A program made the translations under genes and the position numbers. From the NCBI GenBank assembly GCA_002269645.1, contig NIVC01001758.1, positions 236,660 through 300,659 on the forward strand: a DNA stretch of 64,000 nt. The letters run 5' to 3'. Source of the stretch: Macrostomum lignano. Lineage: Eukaryota. The notes beneath the pieces were generated by a model. It was given only the letters and a program-made list of their open reading frames with translations, was not told the origin of the DNA and searched no databases. The number at the start of each line of letters is the position of its first letter. The first letter of the stretch is position 1. Shown here piece after piece: positions 1-22,585 of the stretch.

Positions 1-10725
<10,725 letters not shown>

Positions 10726-11649
10726 AAATTTACACGTTTCCATGCGGTTGCTACACTGGGGGGATTTAACATGTTTTTTACTTGGTACTTGTAGATTCCG
10801 GCTTTTCTCTGTTTTTTTTCTCTGTCTGTTAACTGCCAAAGGAGCTCAAAAAAACCAGCAGAGACTAATATATGGATTGCACAAGATTTCCAATTCCTGA
10901 ACCCACAAGAAAACTCTCCATTCCCATTGGAACTTTTAACAGCATCAATTGGCGCGCCTAATGATAAATTCACACTTTTAACGGAACCCCCTTCACTGTG
11001 TTTGGCTTCACTGATAAAAAATTGATTGGCCCTCTTCCGTGTATCTCGAAAAGTTTTTTTTACACATTTCTATATGTCTTTTTAACCAGAAATAGAATGT
11101 TCTTTACAGACTACTTATAAAATATGAAGAGCAAATTGTAATATAAAAACATGGTGGTTTAAAGTGCTCTACTTTGCTTAGAAAAAGTACTAAAAAGTGT
11201 ACAAGACAATAAAAAAAAATTACACAGAATCGAGTAAATTCTAGCTTACTGTCGGTACAATTTCTGTAAAGGACAGGCGCACTTGACAAAGCTGTACGCT
11301 ACACATCTCCAAGGTGAATTTATATTTTCCTACTGTAATTTATATTAATTCAACAATATATGCTCTGCTTCAGCGAACTAATATCAGATTTCTAATGAAT
11401 ACAAATAACTTTTATTTTTTTGGTTGCGCTGTTGTTTAAAGAATCGAAATATACTTTAAAAAATATTAGATAGCCACCGAGCTAGGTTTTGTTTCCACGA
11501 GACTCGCCTTCGACTTTAAAATAGAATCTCTTTTCGCGAAATCGCTTTTAGTAATAATATGGCTACGAAAATGAATTCCTACTTGGTTCTCCTAGCAACT
11601 AGGGCTAGGGGTGAATTCGATTCATTTCATTAGTTTAGTTTAACCTATT

Positions 11650-13345
11650 CAACCAACCGGGAACCTGTCCAAAAACACCCGTACGGCACCCATTCCAACA
11701 ACCAGGAACCGGTCTAAAAACACCTGTAGGGCACCTGTCTAAATTTACTGTAGGGCACCCATTCCAACAACCGGGAACCTGTCCAAAAACATCCGTAGGG
11801 CACTTGTCTAAATGTACTGTAGGGCACCCATTCCAACAACCGGGAACCTGTCCAAAAACACCTGTAGGGCACTCATTCTAACAACCGGGAACCTGTCCAA
11901 AAACACCTGTAGGGCATACATTCCAACAACCGGGAACCTGTCCAAAAACATCCGTAGGGCACCTGTCTAAATGTACTGTAGGGCACTCATTCCAACAACC
12001 GGGAACCTGTCCAAAAACATCCGTAGGGCACCTGTCTAAATGTACTGTAGGGCACCCATTCCAACAACCGGGAACCTGTCTAAAAACACCCGTAGGGCAC
12101 CCATTCTACCAACCGGGAACCTGTCCAAAAACACCCGTAGGGCACCCATTCTACCAACCGGGAACCTGTCCAAAAACACCTGTAGGGCACCCATTCCAAC
12201 AACCGGGAACCTGTCTAAAAACACCCGTCGGGCACCCATTCCAACAACCAGAAACCTGTCCAAAAACACCCGTAGGGCACCCATTCCAACAACCGGGAAC
12301 CTGTCCAAAAACACCCGTAGGGCACCTGTCTAAAATCTACTGTAGGGCACTCATTCCAACAACCAGAAACCTGTCCAAAAACACCTGTAGGGCACCCATT
12401 CCAACAACCGGGAACCTGTCCAAAAACACCCGTAGGGCACCCATTCTAACAACCAGAAACCTGTCCAAAAACACCAGTAGGGCACCCATTCCAACAACCG
12501 GTAACCTGTCCAAAAACACCCGTAGGGCACCCATTCCAACAACCAGAAACCTGTCCAAAAACACCAGTAGGGCACCCATTCCAACAACCGGGAACCTGTC
12601 CAAAAACACCCGTAGGGCACCCATTCCAACAACCAGAAACCTGTCCAAAAACCCTTGTAGGGCACCCATTCCAACAACCAGAAACCTGTCCAAAAACACC
12701 TGTAGGGCACCCATTCCAACAATCGGGAACCTGTCCAAAAACACCTGTAGGGCACCCATTCCAACAACCGGGAACCTGTCCAAAAACACCCGTAGGGCAC
12801 CTGTCCAAAATCTACTGTAGGGCACTCATTCTACCAACCGGGAACCTGTCCAAAAACACCCGTAGGGCACCCATTCCAACAACCGGGAACCTGTCCAAAA
12901 ACACCTGTAGGGCACCCATTCCAACAATCGGGAACCTGTCCAAAAACACCCGTAGGGCACCCATTCCAACAACCGGTAACCTGTCCAAAAACACCCGTAG
13001 GGCACCTGTCCAAAATCTACTGTAAGGCACCCATTCCAACAACCAGGAACCTGTCCAAAAACACCCGTAGGGCACCTGTCTAAAATCTACTGTAGGGCAC
13101 TCATTCTACCAAACGGGAACCTGTCCAAAAACACCCGTAGGGCACCCATTCCAACAACCGGGAACCTGTCCAAAAACACCTGTAGGGCACCCATTCCAAC
13201 AACCGGGAACCTGTCTAAAAACACCTGTAGGGCACCCATTCCAACAACCGGGAACCTGTCCAAAAACACCCGTAGGGCACTCATTCCAACAACCGGGAAC
13301 CTGTCCAAAAACACCCGTAGGGCACTCATTCCAACAACCGGGAAC
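11650..13345. repeat. Minisatellite, 45-bp unit with interspersed shorter variant units
   Basis: Unit GTAGGGCACCCATTCCAACAACCGGGAACCTGTCCAAAAACACCC, with periodic short CACCTGTCTAAA..TACT units. It explains the repetitive ORFs at 12036-13329. Confidence 0.95.
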
Positions 13346-14039
13346 GAGCAGTCCTTAAACTAAAAGTAAGCATTAACACACAGGAATTGACAGACATTTT
13401 CGGATCAGTAGGAATATTATGTTTTAAAAATAAACTCACTCAGAGTTCGAGAATTAAAAAGATGAATTATTTGTATTTTTTAACTTGCTCGTACACTTAC
13501 ACGACAGACCAACTGCGAAGGGAGAAACGAGCACCGCTTATTGTACAATAACAAACAAGGTCAACGGTTTGTTGCAAAGCCTGGATTAAACTAGACAGAT
13601 GATTTTACTCTCACTAAGGCTGGCCTGATATGGACAAAAAAAGGCCAAACGGGATTAGCGACTGGTTTGTGTACGCGCAACATTCGCAAGACCGGGCCGT
13701 AAACAGATTACAGAGACTGGTGGGGGGACAGTAGGCAAAGTATTACAAGTTATAAAAGCATAAAAATAGTGAAATATTATATACAGGCATACAAGTATGA
13801 AAGAGAAATACCCACAAAAACTTATTTAATGTATTGTATTAGTTATAGTGGCTGGGCTCATAATTGCGATTTGTAATAGTTAAGGGGATTAATGGACTCA
13901 AGTTAGGATTCGTAGCGGTTGGGTTGCATTGTAGATAACTACAGTAACATAACTACAGGCTGATTACAGTTACATTTAACTCACTATAGACTGGTACATG
14001 ATGAAATGTCAAGCGCTTGACAAGGAATATATGGAAACA

Positions 14040-14306
14040 AGTGAACAGACAGACAGACATGAGAAAGTTTACGGAGACAGGTAGAAAGTGGACAGCTAGA
14101 CAGATAGACAGTAGACGAGACAGGTAAGACCATGGACGGAAAAAAAAGTAGATAGTGCAGACAGATAGTGGAAAGAGTCATGCAGACAGACAGGTACACA
14201 GTGGACAGAGTCAGACAGACAGACAGGCAGATACACAGTGGACAGAGTCAGGTAGACAGACAGGTACACAGTGGACAGAGTCAGACAGACAGACAGACAG
14301 ACACTA

Positions 14307-14341
<35 letters not shown>

Positions 14342-14631
14342 GACAGACAGAGACAGACAGATAGGTACACAGTGGACAGAGTCAGGCAGACAGACAGTCA
14401 GGCAGACAGACAGACAGACAGAGACAGACAGGTACACAGTGGACAGAGTCAGACAGACAGACAGACAGGTACACAGTGGACAGAGTCAGACAGACAGACA
14501 GACAGACAGAGACAGACAGAGACAGACAGATAGGTACACAGTGGACAGAGTCAGGCAGACAGACAGTCAGGCAGACAGACAGACAGACAGAGACAGACAG
14601 GTACACAGTGGACAGAGTCAGACAGACGGAC

Positions 14632-14666
<35 letters not shown>

Positions 14667-14700
14667 GGTACACAGTGGACAGAGTCAGGTAGATAGTGCA
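14040..14700. repeat. Compound (GACA)n microsatellite with embedded GGTACACAGTGGACAGAGTCA units
   Basis: Direct reading. It generates the spurious QTDR/SVCL ORFs. Confidence 0.95.
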
Positions 14701-15067
14701 GAGTCAAGAGAAAAACACAAAACTAGAAGAGAGAGAAGTGAGAAGTGAGACTTAGTGAGCAATAAAAAATAGATACATTTACGCTCGTATTTACAGAAAA
14801 AAGACAAAAAACTTCGATGCAAAAGTACAGTTAAGTTGTCTTGATCAAATCCAAGGACTCCAAGCAATTAGAAGCTCAAACGCAAGAGACCCCCGTCCTC
14901 ACGGGAAGAAGAGGCAGACGCAAAGCTAAAATTTTATTAAAATTCCAAAATTTCAACAATTATTTCGTGTCAAACGTAGACCAAAGCGTGCACTAAAAAT
15001 GCAAGCAAAGTATTATAATGCGCGAACGAATACAAAAATATTATAAGGTGCAACACAAACCAACTGT

Positions 15068-16961
15068 TTAATCAACGTCGCAGTTGAGCAGCTCGTCTTC
15101 CTCTGCGTCGCCGATTTCGCCAACGCCGCCAACGCCAGCCGCGGGTGCCTTCGGACTCGGAACGGTCGCCGACTCAACAGGTGGCGATGAAGATTCAGCC
15201 ATCGCGGCAGTTGCCTGATTGGCTTTCTCAGCTTCCGGATTATCATCGATAGTGATTATCGATCGATCTTCATCAGCTGGCTGTTCAGCCTCCTCTTCGA
15301 TCAGTATTTCTTCATCTTCATTATCTTCATCAGAGCTGACCAGATTGACTACGACAGGCGACCCGGGCTCCTCGTAGTCCGTCAAGTCTTCTTCATCTTC
15401 ATCGTCGAATTCTTCTTCATCATCATCATCGTCATCTTCTTCATCATCTTCGTCGTAGTCAGCTTCCTCATCTTCGGAGCAGATCTCGTCCGGGTGCGCC
15501 TCGGCGCCCGGGAACACGTATTTATTCGGCGGGAATCTGGCAAAGGCGCCATCCGGCAGGTAGGCCGACAAATTGCAGTCGTCCTCGTGCGGCGTGGCCG
15601 AGGCGTCCGATTCAGCGGCTTCTGTTACTGTCGCTACCGCTGCCGACGAGGATGACGGCTCCGAGGAAGATGAAGGGCCGGGATGTTCAACTTGCCCGGC
15701 TGTCGTCGAGCCCGACGTAGAAGCCGAAGCAGCGTCGACGGCGGGTTTTTCGGCATCTTTTGCCGCTTTATCAGCCGACTGCTCAGCGGCGGCAGCGTAC
15801 GCTAGTCGACGCCTCTCTAACAGTTCTTCACCGCGAATTTCTGACAATTGACCGTCGGCCTCGTCGGCGACGCCTTCCCAGCCGAGCCGGCGGCACAACT
15901 CCGCCACAATCCGGTCGCAGTCGCCTAGCAGGCAAACGTCGAAATTGTGCTGATGCAGCGGCTCGCGATTGATTAGAATCTGCGGCACTCGGCTTGGCAA
16001 ACTGCTCGGAATAAGGCTGACTGGTTGTACTTTTAGCGACGACCCGATCACGATCAGCAGGTCGGCTTGGCTCTCGTCTTGGCTAATGCAATCGTAGAAT
16101 TCTACTGGCAGAGATTCGCCAAAGAACACAATATCAGGCTTTAATACGGCAGGATTTGTTGGCGCTGATTCTGCCACTGCAGCTGCTGACGAAGTTGACG
16201 GACTAGTAGTAGCAGCGGATTCTGCATCATCCTTAGACTTATCAGCTTTATCGCTACTTGAGCACTTGGGACACATTGGTATGCGCTCGTTCATGATATC
16301 ATCTTTAATGACATCGGAGTCAACCTTGTGCTTGCACCGCATACAGGAAGCTGTGGCAAACGAGCCGTGACAGTTCAGCACGCGTTGTATGCCGGCCGAC
16401 CGTTCCAGTGTGTCGATATTCTGCGAATAGTTGCGCAACAGCCGGCCGCGCTCCTCCAAGGCGCGGATAAATCGATGCGACGGGCTGGGCTTAAACAGGC
16501 CCGGATAAATCTCTTTGGCGAACTTGAAAAACGGCCGCTGATCCTGTCTAAAGTAGCTGATGTCAAACATTGAATGCGGATCTGGCAGCTCCGGATACTG
16601 GGTGGCCAGCCGAGCGTAGATGCCGTCGCGCGACCGGAAATCCGGGATGCCGCAGGAGACGGACACCCCGGCGCCCGTGAGCACCAGCACGCGCTGACAG
16701 GTGTTCAGAAGGACAACAACATCGTCGAGGGTTGATACGTTTTCTAGACGCTTGCGTCTAGTCGGCTCAGTAACTAGACGAAGCAGCAGCTGCCAGAGAG
16801 CTTCTTCGGGCGCCTGGAAGCCGGACATGTCCGAGCCAATCAGCGAGGTGAGCAGGTCGCGCGGATTCAAGCCGCGATCGCGCAGGTGCTGAACATATTC
16901 AACGTCGCTTCGAGGCATCGCCGGGACCCGGTGGCTGACCCCGACAATCTGACAGTCGTCG

Positions 16962-17000
<39 letters not shown>

Positions 17001-20000
17001 ACCGTTTCGACTTCATTGTCGCCTGCAACTGCCGCCGCCGCCTCCTCGTCGTCGCCTTCGCTGATGACAACCACCGAAGTCTGCGAGGAGAGTTGGATGG
17101 AGCTCTGGGGTTTCTGGCTTAAAGCGATGCTTTAGGAGTGCATTTGCACCCTGGATTAGAGGCCTGTAAGAGTGACTGGGCCCTGGATTAGAGGCCTGTG
17201 ATACTGACTGGGCCTGGATTAAAGGCCTTTGATACTGACTGGGCCCTGGAGGCCTGTAAGAGTGACTGGGCCCTGGATTAGAGGCCTGTGATACTGACTG
17301 GGCCTGGATTAAAGGCCTTTGATACTGACTGGGCCCTGGAGGCCTGTAAGAGTGACTGGGCCCTGGATTAGAGGCCTATAAGAGTGACTGGGCCCTGGAT
17401 TAGAGGCCTGTGATACTGACTGGGCCCTGGATTAGAGGCCTGTGATAGTGACTGGGCCTGGATTAGAGGCCTGTGATAGTGACTGGGCCTGGATTAGAGG
17501 CCTGTGATACTGACTGGGCCCTGGATTAGAGGCCTGGATTACTGACTGGGCCCTAGATTAGAGGCCTGTGATAGTGACTGGGCCCTGGATTAGAAGCCTG
17601 TGATAGTGACTGGGCCTGGATTAGAGGTCTGTGATACTTACTGGGCCCTGGATTAGAGGCCTGTGATAGTGACTGGGCCTGGATTAGAGGTCTGTGATAC
17701 TTACTGGGCCCTGGATTAGAGGCCTGTGATACCTACTGGGCCCTGGATTAGAGGCCTGTGATAGTGACTGGGCCCTGGATTAGTGGCCTGTGATAGTGAC
17801 TGGATCTGGGAATATATAGTTTTAGTTTGAACAAAAGAAGGTTGGTAGAGAAGCGAGCATTTTTTGCTAATTCCTACAATAACACAAAGTCCAAAGTTTT
17901 GTCAGGTTACCTCAGACTGGTTTCCAGGCAGTGAAATCTTGCTAGGTGACTCCATATTAGTAGAGTTGGCATCTGCTGCCTCTGTTGCTTCATCATTTGC
18001 TAATCTTGTATTGGTGACATCATTTTGACCTTCCTTGTCATTGACTGCCTCTACTGATTCTGACACTGGATGCTCAGCATTGTTGCCATTGTCTTTGTTG
18101 TCCCCATTAGTCAGTCTTGGACGCTTGCCTATTTTGTAATAAAGAAAAGTGCTGTTTAGTTCAAGGTATTAAAGTCACATAAGTAAATAAATAAAGCATC
18201 AAAATTAAAACATGTTTATTGTCATTAAATTGTACCAACAAACCGAAAACTTTTAATAAAAATTAAAATAAAAACTATAGATATGATTTTCTATCTGATA
18301 ATAAAAAATATATTGTATCAATAAAACAAGCACTCATTGAATTTTCCATATTTGTCACCAAAACATAATTTTGCCATTGAACATCTGTCACAAATATGCA
18401 GTGATAGATAGAATTCCAATAGTCTGATACTCCAATACTGTTAGCAATACCTTTTGGGCATAGGGAATATTAGAAACTAATAATTATAAATGAAATATTT
18501 GCATACTCTTATAAAAAGTAATAACAAATACTTTAGTTTTAGGTCAAAAAGTATTTTAAAAAAACATTTATTGAATTTATAAAAAATAATTTAATAACTA
18601 TCATTATAATAATGATTCTATTTTGTATCAATTTTTTTAGATCAATTATCATGCTGCACATTGCACAATAATGGCATTGTTAATCACTGATTACCACTTG
18701 ATTATACAATTTCTATAATAGTATAAATATATTATACTAGTACCTAACTAATAACAAAGAATTTAGTGAACAATGTATAAATAAACAGCAAAACTAAAAA
18801 AGTTTTACTTTTTTGGCAGCTTGCATTATTGCAACCAAGGTCTAAACCATACTAGATATTCCTTTTTCTCATGCTATGCTAGAAACTGTCTATAATAATG
18901 GCTGATTAAATACATCTAAGCTAAGGGATGAAATATGAAAATGCATTATTTGTAAACTAATAGGCTGTTATACTACTAAAAATGATAATACTAATATTAA
19001 TATTAGCCAGGACAAAAAAATTGCCTATAATAATTGGAAAATTAATTTTTAAATATTAGTGCAATTAGGCCCTAATTAATTTTTTTTCTTTTTTAGTTCG
19101 TTAAAGGTTTCAAATTAAATTTTTCTTTGCCTTAAAAATTAAGAAAAGTTAAAAAATCCTTTAATGATATATTTATATTTGTTAAATATTGCCTTCTACA
19201 AATTATTGGCATTTATTAAAGTTATCAAAATTAAGTATTAAGGTAAAAATTGAATAGATGATATTTAAATTAAGATATTGACTAACAACTAATAAAATTA
19301 TAAAATTTCTATTCAGGTATTTATAAAACTATATAGAAAAACCTATAAAATGCTTTTAAAATTCAAATATCAAAAACTAGCAAAATTTAATTTGCAGGTT
19401 CCCCAATAGATATTCTGCTGACAGATATTTTTTCCTTCAAAAAGATAATTCAAACAAAAAATGAATTCATGTTTTGGGATATATTCTTTACTTTGACACT
19501 ATATTTAGCTTTAAAAATTTGTAAGCAGATTTTTTCTGTCCCAAAGGAAAAAACATTGGCATGAATGCAAAGTGTGTCAAAAGATAAATTCATTGGCACC
19601 CCTTACAAACACATTTTGGAAACAAATATCTCAGGAAATACAAAAGGCAATCATGTGTCTAGGATGTCATTGCAAAGCTGAGACATGCGTCAAGAATTGA
19701 TAAAAGTTTCAGAGCAAATGATTGAAGCATTGAGATGCAGCAATAAATCAAAGTTTTGGTTGATCTTTGCCCAATGTTTTTTTCTTTAGGACAGAAAATT
19801 TCTGCTTACAAATTTTTAAAGCTGAATATGGCATCAGAGTAAAGAATGTACTAATGTTCCACCATAGCCATAGCTACAGCTACAGGATCCTATGGCAAAT
19901 ATGGTAAAATAGGTGCCTATTGCAGCTACAGATACGCCTATGGTAGCTAGCTGCTCTTACAGCTACGACTACAGAATATGGTAGTTGTTGTCAAACTCCG

Positions 20001-21010
20001 TAGATTTCCATAGCCATAGTTATTAATGTTAAAAAATTGAAAAAAAACATTAGAAACAAGTAGAGTAAAACAAAGATACTTTTAGTAAACTGTATTATCA
20101 ACTTAGAAACTTTTAAAATATACTTAAAAAAGTACACTAAAACACTAGCAAACTCTAATTTTTATTAATGTGAAAAAATTCAGCATTAGTACTTTCAGTA
20201 ATGATTAAGTATTGTTGCTCTAAAAAGAGGAAATATAATCTTACAAAGGCAATCCAGTGTTTCTTTTATTTTTTAACTTAATTTGCAGTTGATTAAGCAC
20301 TAGGTTATCTTCTTGATTCAAAATATTTTGTTTTCTAGACTTTTTGTTAAAACTATGGCTATGGGAACTATGGGAATATGATATTATTGGGGTCCCTGAT
20401 AATATTGGTAATATGGAATATGGAGAATTGAAATAAGCCATAGTTTTGCTTATAGCTACGGCTATAATATATAGACCCTCTTTACGACAGAACACTACCT
20501 GAAACATGAATTCATTTTTTATTAGAATTATCTGTTTGAAGGAAAAATATCTATTTGGAGAATATCTGTCGAGGAACTGGCACATAAAATTTAAGCCCGG
20601 TAAAATATTTGTAGAAAAAAATGCAACTTTTTGTTCCAAAATTTCCATGCAAAGATTTAATCCTAGGGCTAGGTGCCAAACATTGCTAAAATTATTTATT
20701 ACTCAAACTACAAAGGATGCAAATGCAAATGATTAATTTATCATTAATTTATCCCTAATTATTATCCAAATATCAATTGAGCACATTATATTGATCTTTA
20801 TCTTTTATAATATATAATCTTAACAAGGCTAAAACATAGACACAGATACTAAATGTTTAATATAGCTTAAGAATGCAAATAAATAAAAAATTTCTTACTT
20901 TCAGTAGATGGTAACACATCTTCAGCAGGTCTTTTTGGTATTTCAACTTCAATGCCTTCTTTTGCCTTAGTAGTTTGGTTTTTATCTGGTTCACTATCAA
21001 CTGATTGCAT
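15068..21010 (-). CDS. SIRT1: NAD-dependent deacetylase sirtuin-1 (class Ia), 780 aa. Exons complement 20899-21010, 17911-18128, 15068-17080
   Basis: Motifs GAGVSVSCGIPDFRS, SQNIDTLE, HGSFATASCxxC, CPKC, KPDIVFFGE, GSSLKV and LINRE. The C-terminal regulatory segment FPPNKYVFPGAE resembles human LPPNRYIFHGAE, and the N-terminal KRPRL is NLS-like. Splice phases 1 and 0 are consistent, and the total of 2343 nt is in frame. Confidence 0.93.
17150..17810. repeat. Minisatellite, 31-32 bp unit, in SIRT1 intron 2
   Basis: Unit GACTGGGCCCTGGATTAGAGGCCTGTGATA(G/C)T in tandem, with no CG dinucleotide. Confidence 0.95.
19480..19850. mobile_element. MITE-like foldback element with about 80-bp imperfect terminal inverted repeats, in SIRT1 intron 1
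   Basis: 19480-19560 (TATATTCTTTACTTTGACACTATATTTAGCTTTAAAAATTTGTAAGCAG...) is the reverse complement of 19771-19850 with few mismatches. It has TA at both ends and no ORF. Confidence 0.6.
19852..20035 (+). mobile_element. Decayed left end of the same hAT-like family as 43798-44934
   Basis: Starts TAATGTTCCACCATAGCCATAGCTACAGCTACAGG, readable as a CG->CA decayed version of TAGTGTTCCGCCG plus (T)ACGGCT subrepeats. No matching right end or TSD was found. Confidence 0.45.
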
Positions 21011-21219
21011 CTTTGAAAAATCTATCAATTTAATTTAAACACAGATTTATAAAACCAAAACAAAAGCCTATTTTAAATTGGTTTAGACTAGAGATAGGGG
21101 ATAGGCCTAGAATGGAACTTAACTTTAGTTTAGTACAGGCCTAGCTAAAAGAAAGGATTAGGCCTATTCTTGACTGAATATAGGCCTAGATGTTGAGACA
21201 GAATTAAGTTTGGCTTTTT

Positions 21220-22220
21220 TTGAACGCAAACTTTAGGACTAAATGAAATTTAGAATAATAGTAATGCTATCAATATTACGTTGCAGAATTCGATGTATAA
21301 CTTAGTTAAATAATTTAAATTATTTAACTTATAAATAAGGTTAAGTTAAGGTTAGTTAAACTAGGTCTAAGACAATTTACATGTCTACAATAATTTTTAT
21401 GGGCTAACTGACCGTGTCAAATAAAATGCACAATAATAGAATGAATAAGTTGTCTCAATACAAACGACAGTCGACAATAGCCACAACCAATTAAAAGAAC
21501 ACTTATTAATGGCGCGTTAAGCGTGTTTTATAAAAAACTTTAAAGAGTTCGTTATTTAAAATGTTTAAATACATTAAACAAAAATATCTATCTATCATTG
21601 TTATATAAGCAGTAAACTGGTAAAAAATTAGTAAAAAGGTAATAAAATATAACTTTATATTGCGTCTAAATAAAATTAAGAAGCATATTTCTTCTTCTTT
21701 TTCGTGTATTTGTAATTTTGAGAGACTATTTTTCTTAGAACAAGTACTACATCATGTTGTTCTATCTCACTCGTTTCTCATTCACAGAATCCGTTTACTT
21801 TTATTTTAAATAAGTAGATGCACCCTTCGATTATTGCTTGTAATTTTAAATTCTCTGCTGTGCTTTTATCGTGTCATACTTAGATATTCCTATTGAACGA
21901 TCTATTATTACTTTATATTGCTTCATTGAGACAAGTCCAATGCAATGTCCTCTGCTTAAGGGTTAAAAGGTTTAAATGATTTGAATGAATGATAGTATTA
22001 TTATTTATAGGCAATGTTTTTTGTTGCTTTTTATTAGATCTAAGTAAATATTAGTTATCGATTTTGAGCTTGCTACTAATGAAATAAGACGTTTCCACTT
22101 ATGATTTTCCACAGCTAGATTTCATACTAACTGATTTGACTGGCTGCTCAGACCCTTATTTGTTTGAATTTATTTGCTTTTTCTATTGTAGTTTGATAAT
22201 GCTATTAACGTTAACTGATA
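21220..22220. promoter_or_regulatory. Probable bidirectional promoter region between divergent SIRT1 and DNAJC12
   Basis: The start codons are 1575 nt apart, head-to-head. This AT-rich stretch retains about 20 CG dinucleotides in 1 kb, whereas the flanking SIRT1 intron has almost none. TSS positions cannot be determined from sequence. Confidence 0.6.
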
Positions 22221-22585
22221 TCTCTAACTTTTCCATTTAGAGGCACTAAGTAAAAAACTTATAATATAAGAAGAATTTAAGTATATTTATAATAGCTCCA
22301 TTTTTACTGATCAGAAGATTAGTATTTACTGGTAATACTGTACCCAATAAACATCTAGCAAAGCAATCCTGTGCGCTATTGTACACTTTTGCTTTGAAAT
22401 TGCATTAATTACATTGTAGAAAAAAGATTTTTATAATTTATGCTATACACATTAAAACGTAAAGGCCCATCTAATAGTTGTATAATACAGTAAATTCTGT
22501 TGTACAATTTAAATTGTTGCTATTTGTTTTTTGACTAAATTTCTAAAAACTTGATATTGATAATCTTTTTTCAGCTCATTCTGAA

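Noticed and set aside
10955-11035. Possible C/D-box snoRNA (ATGATAA ... CTGA) in the DNAH7 3' region
   Set aside because: The C box is imperfect, there is no terminal stem, and no recognisable rRNA-complementary guide.
11650-13345. Regularly spaced repeats (here and at 54664-55735, 58620-59370, 62090-63460) as CRISPR arrays
   Set aside because: The units are head-to-tail with no unique spacers, there are no cas genes, and the context is eukaryotic introns.
12036-14748. Long ORFs in repeat arrays (also 24469-25158, 28656-29123, 30093-30729, 33807-34187, 55473-55658, 57452-58274)
   Set aside because: The open frames are by-products of tandem units lacking stops, with periodic low-complexity peptides and no splice or codon support.
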